Shown one piece after another: positions 36,791 to 48,400 of a DNA stretch of 64,000 nt. The notes beneath the pieces were generated by a model, which was not told the DNA's origin, ran no database searches, and saw only the letters and a list, made by a program, of their open reading frames with translations. The stretch is from positions 2,666,001 to 2,730,000 of the forward strand of contig JBLDXI010000017.1 of NCBI GenBank assembly GCA_047495785.1, in the 5' to 3' direction. Numbering within the stretch: the first letter of the stretch is position 1; every line of letters begins with the position of its first letter. A program made the position numbers and the translations under genes. This DNA comes from Lepidodermella squamata (lineage: Eukaryota > Animalia > Gastrotricha).

Positions 36791-39412
36791 GCAAGTACAT
36801 GATCTAAAATCTGATACAGGTATTATAGCTATAAATTCAGCAAATTTCGCTTGAACTGGTGACAAGAATATTGACATCAGCGATCAAATAGATGGGCTAG
36901 TCTCAAGACTTGTAAGACTGCCAAAGACTGGTTAATGATTAACTACGAATATAACTGCTGAGAAAAAGAAAAGTGCAAGACGAATAGGTGAAGAAAATGC
37001 GGCACCGGGCGCGGCGTGGCGATTGGGGGCTTGCATCAAACGCATTTTTTTCGGCAGTCAGATTCCGGTGCTTTGAGCTGGCCACTTGCAACCATATCAA
37101 TGTTTCACGTTCATTAAAGCGATCGATTTTTAGCAAAAATAGCCACACCTATTGTCGTTCCTCAAGTATTGATGAATCTCTGACGTCAGAATAGAAACAC
37201 TACTGACACCTGTTGCGATAAAACACTAAAAACCGAACAACAAAAAGTTTATAAGCACACTTGCATCTTGAAGCAGCAAGTTTTCTTCCCTTTTCCTCTC
37301 TTATTTTTCTATCTTTCTCTTCCATCTACAGAAAAGTGGCCAGATTGAGATGGTTGAGCTACTCACGGAAGGAGTAATGCCGTTCATAGTCGACGTGCAT
37401 GGCAGGACGGCTTTGCACGAAGCAGCAGCGAACGGGCATCAAGCAGTAGTGCAGCATCTGATGAGCAAAGCATCTTCATGGCTGCGGGTTCGAAGCTTCA
37501 AGCACGATCACGGAGATACACCTTTGACCTTGGCGATTAGGAATGGCCACATGGATGTTGTTCGCACCTTACTTACAGTTGATCCCATCGCCCAACTTAC
37601 GGCACGCAACTTCGATATGGAGACTCCGTTGTTGATAGCTGTATCCAGCGGAAATACTGAGATTTCCTGCTTCCTGGCAAGCACCAAAGCCGGTGCCAAT
37701 ATTTCAGTCGATGATACAGATACAAATGAGAGAACTGCCTTAATCGTTGCGGCTGGTCTTGGCTACAGCGAAATCGTCAAGTGTCTCGTCGATAGCGGTG
37801 CGAATATCACAGCGAAATCTGGTCCCAATAGTGGAAAAATAACATCAGTTCATGCCGCTGGTTAGTCTGGTTATATGAACTTTTGTTGAGTCTACTACAT
37901 AGTTTCGGTTTTTCAGCTATCAACGGTTCCCTCAAGGTGCAGAAGGTTCTGGCGAAATCTGGTGGAAAAGAAGCGCTAAATGCGCTTGATGGCTATGGAT
38001 CAGTTCCATTGTTTACTGCAATCATTTCCAAACAATTCTCGTCTGCTCGCCTATTAGTCGAACTTGGAGCTGATATCGAAGCTAGAACGGCGCGAGGTGT
38101 TACACCGTTGCTAATTGCAGCCGACAAAGGACACAATGAAATGGTTGAGTATCTCCTTGACAAGAAAGCTGATATTGAAGCTAGAGATGCTTATGCCAGA
38201 ACACCTCTCCTCGCTGCCGCAGGTTTGTCAGAAATCACTCATGTGTTTTAGAAGTGCCTAACTCCGTTTAATTAAATAGCATCTGGCCATGTCAATACTA
38301 CTCGGCTGTTGATCGAAAGAGGTGCGAATGCATTAGCAACAAACCAACTCGGTTACTCGGCACTCCACCTGGCTGTTGCTCACCGTCATGCTGAAGTAGC
38401 TGATTATCTTCGCACTGCTAAGCCTGAGCTCATTTCTTTAAAAACAGATGACAAAATGTCTAACAAACAGCTGAACTCTAACAAATTCAAAACTTTGATA
38501 AACGCCGGACGTCCTCGTGTTAGAATCTGACCTTTGATGCGCTGATTATTCTTCGAATTAGTCATGAGGAATTGTTGACATTACGCGTCTTAGCTGATCA
38601 GAAATGGAAAATGGAAAATGATCGCGAAAATAAACACTTTTGTTTGTCAATTTTTTAATTAATCTAAAAATAGCAGTAGCAAAGTAACAAAGGACCAAGA
38701 ATTAGAGCGCAAATAGCAGGTCAATAGTTCTATTCATAGAAGAGTCAATCATCGCGTCATGACTCATATGTCAGGGTACAGGGCACGCTGGAAGTTGGAC
38801 AAACTACTCGGTTTTGCCAATCAGGCATGCGTCCATGATACTGAAGATACCAAACGATTCCTCATCATTAACGTATTGCTTCTCCAATTTACATTAAATT
38901 TAGTCAAAATCTGAGCAGATGCTGCTACTTTTGAAGCTCAAAAGTTGACAAGGTGGCAAACATCACCTAGGTTGACAAAGGCCTGCTCAAGCCTCAGACC
39001 CCGATGCTGTAACCATGGCAACGATGCTGTCGATTGCAATATCATAAAACAATGATCATGATATTGGTTTCAATTTATGAAATTCAACTAACACTATTCA
39101 AAGAAGATAAAATGCAAACTTGTCTTAATGACCTTGAACTTTGGCGCTACTTTCAAATTGTATACCCTCCTTGGCATCGAGGGCTCGAGGGTCGCTTCTT
39201 AAGCCGACGGGGTTAATTGCTCAGTGGAACCCAGACTAATTAACGCCGGTTGTTAATTAGTCAGTCAGAGGTCATAGTCAGTTATCTGCTCTCGGGAGGA
39301 AAAGGTCTTGGCGGCAATTACATGAAAATTACATGTTACATGAGAGTTTTACATCTTATTTACATTATCATTGAGATTGAGTGTTGACTGATATTTCCTT
39401 TTAGGATTTTAG

Positions 39413-42400
39413 ATGATTACACGCTTGTTGCTACTCATTTGCCTGAATTTATTTGGCGGAATCCATGCTGGCTACATCGACTCAACTGTGTATTTGGCGG
39501 CTTCAAATAATGCATTGACCATTCTGAAGCTGATGATTGCCATGGGTGCTGATCCTGACAGTATTGGCCAGGATGGCCAGTCAGCTCTCATGGGTGCTGC
39601 TGCGAATGGCCATCTTGAAACTTTCAAATATTTGGAGTCTCGCGGTGCGCGAATCGATTTTAAAAGTCTTGTGTCAGGCGAGACAGTATTGCACATTGCT
39701 GTCCGTCACGGCCAAGATGTGCTTGTAGACTACCTGTTAAGTAGCAATGGTATTTCGCTGCTAGAGGAAAAAGATCTGAACGGAAATTCGCCTTTAAATT
39801 TGGCAGTAATTAATGGCAAAGAGTCTGTGCTTGATGAATTGTTGGCGAAAAATCCTTCTCTTGAAACAAAAAATCGTTACGGACGAACCCCTCTGCTAAA
39901 TGCTTGCGCGTATGGTCATTTATCGATATTACGCCGCCTGGTTGATGCCGGAGCTGACGTTCTTGCTCGAAGCGGCAAAGAAGATGGTGAAAATACAGCT
40001 GCTCATTTGGCAAGTTATTATGGCCACCGGGAAGTATTGGAATTTCTTATCGAACTTCGACCATCTTTCGTTGATGATAAAAACTCAGCTAATGAAACAC
40101 CACTGTTTGTGGCAGCTTACATGGGCCAGAAAGATGTGGTGGCGTTGCTGATGCCGAAAGGAAAAAAAATGCAGCAAGCTACTGATCGATTCGGTCTAAA
40201 TCCCTTACTTGCTGCCATTAGGTTAGTCTTGCTTAGCCTAAGTGAGGAACTTTCCCTAAATATTTGTTTATTGAAGCTTTGGACGGTTGAATGTTGTTGA
40301 AACCATGAACGGAAAAGAAGGGAGTACATCTGACCGTAGTGCTGCCATCTTTGAATCAGCCGAAGCTATTCATCTCGCTGCTCTATTGGGATATACGGAC
40401 ATCCTTGCGAATTTGATTGCGGGAGATGAAACATTGCTCGAAGCACGCGATATTAACGGGTCATCACCTTTGAATAAAGCATCTTCTCTTGGTGTTATCA
40501 AATCCGTCCAATACCTGATAAGTAATAAAGCGAAGATTGAGTCCGTCGACAAGTTCGGCCTTACCCCACTTCTGTCGGCATCAGCTAATGGCCATGCAGA
40601 TGTTGTGAAGTACTTGATTGAGAATGAGGCTAATGTCAACTTCCGAGGGCCCAATGGGCAGCTTTGTGTTCATATAGCTGTGGCCAATGGTCACATTGCT
40701 GTTTTGAATACAATTTTGAGCTTCCACCGTGAATTGATCGAGAGTAAGAATGACTTGGGCGAAACGTGTCTCCTCTTCGCGGCAAGAGTAGGCCAGGCGG
40801 AAGCTGCTGAGTTTCTTATCGACAATTATCAAGTTGATATAGAATCTCGCGATATGAATCACTTCACGCCTTTAATTTCCGCATCGTTCCGTGGTAACTT
40901 GGCTGTGTTAAAAGTTCTCCTAGGCAGAAATGCAAACCTTGACGCCTCAATATTAGGGGTCGACCAAGACACAGCAATTCATATCGCCAGCCGCCAGAGT
41001 CAAGTTGAGGCCATTAAAATCCTAGTTGGCAATGTGCCCAGGTTGCTTGATACGAAAAATGCTCGCAATAACACCCCAATTTGCGTTGCAGGAGAATCGG
41101 GTACCATTGAGGTAATCTCAGAGCTTCTTAAACTCGGGGCTGAAATTGAAACTAAATGCTTGAACGAATCTACACCTTTAATTTTGGCGGCTGTGAATAA
41201 TCAACCACGTGCCATCGAATTTCTGCTAGAGAAAAGGGCCAACATTTTGGCGAAGACAGGCGTTGATTTCAATGGTAGCACCGCTTTGCATTTAGCAGCT
41301 GAACTAGGCCACAGTGATGCAATGCGAGCACTGTTAAGGAACTCGGATTCTCATATCGTCGAAGCTAGAAATAACTTCAATAGAACACCGCTTTGGGTAG
41401 CTGCTTTTGCTGGACAAGAGCAGTCTGTCAGAGTTCTCCGGTTCCACAATGCTAATCTCGAAGCTAGTGATCTGTTGAACAGGACACCCCTGCTAGCTGC
41501 TGTGTTGGCAAACAAGGCGAATATCGTTCGAATTTTATTGGGAGAGGGCGCAGATGTGAATGCGCTTACCAGCAAGGACGACTTCAGTCTAACACCTCTA
41601 ATTTACGCCGCTAAATTAGGATTCAGCGACGTTATTTCTGCGATGCTCGACAAATATCCTCAGTTGGTTTCGCAAAAAAACCCGGGTAACGATGGCAATA
41701 CAGCTTTGTGTGTAGCTGCTTTTGAGGGTCAGCTGAAAGCTGCAGAAACTTTACTGCTAAGGAAATCACCGACAGAGGGGCGGTGTGAATATGGAAGGAC
41801 GGCCTTGTTAATCGCTGCCGCGGCGGGCCACGTTCCTGTAGTCCAAATATTGCTGACTTCGGGTGCTGACGTGAACGCCCGTGGCGACAATGAACACGAT
41901 CGCGGTAATACAGCCGCTCATTTGGCTGCGAAATTCGGTCATGTCAATGTCTTGAAAGTGTTGATTCGTTCGTCGCGCAGCCTACTCGAGTCAGAGAATG
42001 CGGACCGATACACGCCGTTATGGCTCGCTGCGGACCAGGGCCAGGCTAGAGTTGCTGATTTCCTGCTAACAGAAGGCGCAGCAAGTAGCGCTCAAGGTTC
42101 GCGAGGTTACAGCCCGTTCCTCGCAGCGGCTGCGTCGAATAAACTCGACGTACTCAAAGTCCTGGTCTCTCGCAAGGTCGGCGATTCTTCGAAGAGCAGC
42201 ACCGAGGATGGTGAGAACATGGGAGTACACGTTGCCGCGATCAAGGGAAATGTCGACGTGGTTCAATATTTATTGGAAGGCAAACCAGCGTTGGTCAACA
42301 AAACTAACAAGCATGGTAATTCTCCGTTGATTCTCGCAGCTGCAAATAGCCACGCCGAAGTGGTCGACTTGCTGATAAAGTCCAAGGCCGATCTGGAAGC

Positions 42401-45400
42401 GCCGGGTCAGTTCGGCTGGACAGCTTTATTAGCGGCAGCAGCCTCCGGTCATTTAGCTATGACCCGTCATCTCATCGGCGTTCATCATGCGAATTTCAAT
42501 GCTAAAAGCAACGACAGCAGTCTGGCGGTTCATTTAGCTGCTGAATCCGGTCATTTTGAGGTGGTTGAGTACCTTTTGCGAGCAAATTTTAATGAGCTCG
42601 AGTCGAAAACAAGATCTGGCAACTCGCCACTTTGGCTTGCAGCAAGTCGTGGTCACCTGCGAACTTGCGAACTCTTAATTCGTAATTTCAGTGCTAATCT
42701 AGAATCGACTGGTCAAAGCGGCTGGACCCCGTTATTAGCGGCCGCTGCGAACGGCCATTTAGCGATTGTTGCATCGTTACTTGAGCACGGAGCTAACATT
42801 CTAGCAACAAGTGACGTGAAAACCAGCCGAAATTTCGCTATCCATTTAGCACTGAATAATGGCCATGTGAAAATTGGTGAGCTACTCATTGACTCAAATG
42901 GCAAATTGCTGGAAGCTCGAAACGATTTTGGTTGGACTCCTATTCTTTCAGCTAGCGCTTATGGTCAAGTGAATTCTTTGGATTTCTTGCTTCGTCGGCG
43001 CGCCGACTTGTCCGCCCGGAGCTTTGCAATCGACGGCGGAAACTCAGCCTTGCACTTGGGTGCGATCTACGCGAAGGTCAACGTGCTAACCATGTTATCG
43101 AAGGCGAAACGGGAGCTGCTGAACGCAAGAAATGACAACGGCGAAACAGCGCTGTGGCGAGCGGCTCAACTCGGCAATGTTCGAATGGTGGAAAAGCTGA
43201 TCGAGTTGGGCGCACCTGTCGACTGGCAGTGCCCACTCGGCTGGTCGGCTTTTAGCGCTGCCGCGGCTCATAACCGCGTAAAAGCCGCCAAGGCCCTGCT
43301 GCGTAAGGGAGCTAAAATGGTCGAAACGTTTGACGCAGCCGGAAATAACCCCGTACATCTTGCTGGTTTATACGGGCGAGTTCGAGTCATTGATTTTTTC
43401 GAAAAATCGCAAGTCGACGTGGGTTGCAAGAACAAGTTTCAAGAGACTCCTTTCTGGCTTGCGGCGTATGGCGGGTCCGATGCGCTTGTGGCGAAATTGT
43501 TGAAGGATGGTAATCACAATAATTTTCGAGGTCGGAATGGCTGGACACCGTTACATGCCGCTGCAAGCAATGGGCATATCAGAGTGGTAAAGCGATTGAT
43601 TGACAATGGCTTTTCGATTGATTCTCGTAGTTCGGTCGAAGACCTTTTGAGTGCTCCGATCCACGTGGCTGCATCGTACGGGTACGGCAATATGGTTAGT
43701 TACATCGGCAAAATTGACAACAATGCGCTTGAACTGAAAGACGCGCGAAATAATACGGCTTTTCATCGAGCAGCGGCCGAAAATCGATTAAATGTGGTTG
43801 CTGCTTTACTGCGATCTTCAGCGAATACCAAGGCTATTGGCCAGTACTCATATACTCCTTTTCATGCAGGTTAGTATAATTCTATCAATATCAAGCCCTG
43901 CTGTAATGTGTCTTTTAAGTAACCAGCTAAAGAAAGTAGTTAGCTATGACGATTGAAGAAGATCCGAGAAGCTTCGATTCGGGGGATTACGGGAATCTTA
44001 GCGAAATTTTTAGGTCACGCTGATAGCATTTTCCTGTGTTTAATTTTGCTTCTTATTCCAAGAGTGGAAATCATTCATTAATGCGTTTGTTGGTTTCAGC
44101 TGCTGCTAATGGCCACACGAAGATCATGCAGATGTTTATCGGCCAAAATCCCGATATTCTAAACGCACGAACTTTGACTGACCAGCACTTGGCCATTCAC
44201 ACGGCCGCAGCCCTTGGAAAAGACCTGAGCTTAAATTTTTTGCTGGACACCAGGTCAGATTTGATTGAAGCTCAGGATCGTTATGGAAATACTCCGTTAT
44301 GGGTTGCTGCTTATTCCGGGCAATTTGCCAGCGTGTTATTGCTGCTTTCACGTATGGCGAACGTTGAAGCTCGTGGGCGCTATGGCTGGACTCCTTTATT
44401 AGCTGCTACCGCAAACGATCATGCTGATATCGCCGAATTGCTACTAAAAAATGCTTCTGCCAATGCATTAGCTCGCAGTGATGTGATCTCGGGTGAAAAC
44501 ACCGCGCTACATGTTGCGGCTCAGTTCGATTCTGACGACTCTGCCTCAGTCCTATTGAGTCTCGCGAGGCAACTAGTCGCATTGAAAAATAACAAAAACA
44601 ACACAGCACTGTGGGTGGCTTCATCGCTCGGAAATACCAAGGTCCTAAAGGTCTTGCTTGATTCTGATTCCGATCGGATGATATCGGATGAATCTTCATC
44701 CTCTTCCCCAATTGTTGTTGCTGTGGAGAAACAACAGCTAACCGCAATTCGAGTCTTACTCAGCTACGGCAGTGGTATAGACTCGGGGAAGAAAAACGGT
44801 GAAAATGTGCTTCATTTAGCAGCGTCTGAAGGGTTGATCGAGTCTGGCAAACTTTTGGTTGAAATTCGGCCGGAACTTGTTAATTCTCGTGATCACGTCG
44901 GCGAGACTCCACTTCACAAAGCTGCATCGTCGGGCAATGTTGCTGTGGTGTCGCTGTTACTAAAAAATGGCGCCGATGTTACGATAACTGCGAACAATAG
45001 TTACACCCCATTCACCACCGCCGCTGTTGCCGGTCAAATCGGAGTGATGGAGGAGCTGGTAAATAGTGGCAAAATCGATTTCAAATACCGAGATACAACG
45101 CAGCGGACCCCGCTCTACTGGGCTGTTTTCCTAGGCAGCGTCCCGGCTGTTAAAATTCTGATCGAAAAAGGAGCCGATCCGGAGGATCGAAGCCCGATAC
45201 CGGCCGATGACGGCGCCATGTCAATTCATCTTGCCGCTCATTACGGCCACTTGAATGTCGTTAGTTTCTTAATTAATGTCAAGAAAGACTTGATTGATGC
45301 CAAGTCGAACTCGCGTGAAACGCCCTTGTTTTTCGCCGCGAAAAAGGGCCATGTCGAAGTTGTTCGACTTCTGCTTTCGAAAAATGCGAAGAAGGAAATT

Positions 45401-48400
45401 CGGAGTGCCTCCGCTCGAACGGTGCTACACGAGGCGGTCTTTGCTAATCAAACTGAAGTCGTTTCGGCTTTAATCGAAAACCAGGTCGATATATTAGCGA
45501 CTGCCGAGGATGGAAACACAGCACTTCATATAGCGGCGAAAACCGGGTTCCTACCCTTGGTTAAACTGCTAACCAACGTAATAAAATTGGGAATTAAAAA
45601 TAATTTGGGCCAAACTCCTCTGTGGCTGGCGAGTAAATATGGGCGGTTAGAAGTAGTCGAGTTCTTGAGCGATCGCTCTAATGAAATTGGCGTGGCCGAT
45701 ATTGATGGTTGGACCGCCCTGCACGCCGCTTGCTTACACGGAGAGAAGGCAACCGTCGAATTGCTAATTCGAAGAGGCGCTAATATTTTTGCGAAAAGTT
45801 CGGAACATAAAAACTCCGAGATACCCCTTCACTCGGCTATTCGATCGAAAAACTTGGCTGTTGTCAAGGTGGTTCTTAGCCAGGACGCGAGCAAGCAGCT
45901 TGAAGTTGTGACCCGCAACGGTTCGACTCCGTTATGCATTGCAGCTGAAGTGGGTTCTGCTGAAATTTTGGAGTATCTGCTCAATCAAGGTGCGGCCATT
46001 GAAGCCAAGTGCCAGTTTGAGGCAACTGCTATCATGATAGCTGCTGGTAAAAATCACCTGGCAGCCGTAGAAGTTCTCGCGAATCGTGGGGCTAATATTT
46101 CCGCCGAGTTGCCGTCTTCTTACGGCCGGAGCTCGGCTTTTCACCTTGCAGGTTTGGTATAGGGAAACACGGATCGTTGTTGGCATATAATTTTTCAATT
46201 TTTATTCAGCGAAAAACGGGGCAGTTGATGTTTTGCGTTATTTGTTGCGCGCAAATCCAGCCTTCCTCGACGACGCCAATTCACGAGGCGAAACGCCGCT
46301 GTACATTGCGACAGTTGAGAATCAAATCAACGCGATGGAGTTTTTGATCAGTTCCGGAGCTAACCTAGAGTCGCGTTTAAATAACCGCCCGCCGCTGTTT
46401 CAGGCGGCATCTTTAGGACACGAAGAGGCTGTCAGATTGCTGATAGCTGCCGGCGCAAACACCGAATCCCGTGGTCCTCTCGGACGCACTGCTTTGCTTG
46501 AAGCTGCAGGTTGTTATTTGAGTATTTATCGGATTCAAATATTTAATTGGACCTATAACTTAGGGCAATGTCGAGTGAAAGTTGTGGAGGCTCTGTTGCG
46601 AGCCGGCTGCGATTATATGGCGCGGAGCTATCGTCAGGACTCTGAAAGTTCAGCACTGCATTTGGCTGTCACGAGCCGCTGTGTCGAGGCAATTAAAGTT
46701 ATGACAGATTTACACCCTGAAATGCTGAATTTACGAAACGCAGTGAACCTATCCGCCCAACAGTTGATCGACCGATCTCCTGCGATAAGAAAATCGCTGA
46801 GTTCCGAGCGAGACCTTTTGATTTCGGTTGTTGAATCTGGCGAAGCTTCAACGCTGAGGACGCTCATTCGAAATGGCGCTGATGTATTGACGAAAAAGTC
46901 GACGCATCGAGGTGGCGAAGGTCTGGTCCACTTGGCGATTTCTAGAGGTCATCTCAGAATCGTCAAGCTTCTCTGGGAGACTGATGCAAATTCTCTGAGT
47001 GTTGTCGATAACAACGGCAATACCCCGCTGCACGCAGCTGCTCTAAGCGGACATTCTGAAATAGCCGAATTTTTGCTTGAGAAGGGTGCTAAAATAGAGG
47101 CTCGCAACATATATGGCTGGACACCATTTTTAACAGCGATGGCAGCTGGACAAATGGAAATGGTGAATTTTTTAGAAGAACGTGGCGCTAACATCTACGC
47201 CAGAGCTAATAAAATGGGCAATTTAGAAACAGCTATTCATTTAGCGGCGAAAAATGGTCATGTGAAATGTATGGAAGAATACATGCATCGAATGCTGGAG
47301 AAGAAGAAGTACAAAAAACACGGTTTGCATTAATCAAATTTCGCAGTCGAACCTAGTTTATATTTTAATATATTCCAGGTATCGAGGCGAAAACTTTGCG
47401 AAAAGAGACGCCGCTACACTTGGCATCAGCTAATGGAGCCTTAAAAGTTGTTCGAAATCTCTTACAGCGTCAGGCTAAAATCGATGTGCGAGACGAGATT
47501 GGACAGACTCCTTTCATCGTAGCCGCTGCTAATGGTCAGTTGGATGTTATGCGGTTTCTGTTAGACAAGGGAGCCGATGTTTTAGCGAAAACTTCGACGA
47601 GAGGCAGCGATGGCTTGACGGCGATTCACATGGCCGTTATCAAGGGTCAACATGGCGCCGTTGAGCTTTTGATTCAACGCAACCACGAACTGATTGACTT
47701 GCAGAGTGGTCTCGGCGAAACGCCGCTGTGGCTAGCTGCGTCGCTTGGTGACGAGAAAATCATAAAACTTCTCGCGTCCGAGGTCGATCTTTCAGCGCGG
47801 TGCAACGCCGGACTAACCCCACTGCATATCGCTACACTCCTGAACAGAATTAGCACTGTCAAGTTGTTGATTAACGCTGGGGCTAATACTCAAGACGGCA
47901 CAGCGCAGGATTCAGCGCAGGATTTGCCTTTCCATCTCGCGGCTATTTACGGCCACATTGATTTGATCAAATACTATAAAAGTATATATAAAAGCGTGGA
48001 AGTTGAAAACGCATTAGGCCAGACGCCACTCTGGCGAGCGTCGTATTTTGGAAGGCTCGAAGCTGTTGAAACTCTTTTGTCATTGGGCGCAAGTTATCGC
48101 CAGGCGGATCATCAGGAATTAACCCCGTTAGAAGCCGCTGCCATGAGGGGCCACCTCAGTGTCGTGAAAGCTTTGTCGGCTAAAGGCAGTCAATCAACTA
48201 GCTCTCGATTGAGCTCATCCTCCCACCCGATTTTCCTGGCGGCTGAATATGGCCAGTTGGAGGTCGTGAAATACTTTTTAGACGTCAATCCATGGTTGTT
48301 GGAGGAGAAAAACTCCAACCAAGAGACGCCGCTTTGGCGCGCGGCTTACGCTGGCCAGTTGTCAGTCGCTGAATTCCTAATCAATCGCCGCGCTGCTATC

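Larger units (their letters stand above)
26820..37322. mobile_element. Unclassified large gene-carrying insertion, possibly two nested related elements
   Basis: Interrupts gene D in mid-ankyrin repeat. Pyrimidine-rich ends on the + strand, possible short direct repeat CTTC (26816-26819 / 37319-37322), and internal genes unrelated to the host gene. Boundaries are uncertain by a few bp because of low complexity. Confidence 0.75.
25322..38530 (+). pseudogene. Sushi-ankyrin paralog (gene D) interrupted by a ~10.5 kb insertion; halves 25322-26819 and 37323-38530
   Basis: Signal peptide MNFLIFILLLPASQVLG, one sushi domain, ankyrins. The frame breaks at ...NHNNRTAF (26819) and resumes at HLQKSGQIEMVELL (37323), collinear with gene C (NAPLYLAAASGQLDLV...) and sharing its downstream intron positions. 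Confidence 0.8.

Noticed and set aside
26820-37322. Definitive Helitron, Penelope, Crypton or DIRS call
   Set aside because: No Rep/helicase, RT or tyrosine recombinase motifs were seen, and the hairpin is not followed by a clear CTRR end at an A|T site.
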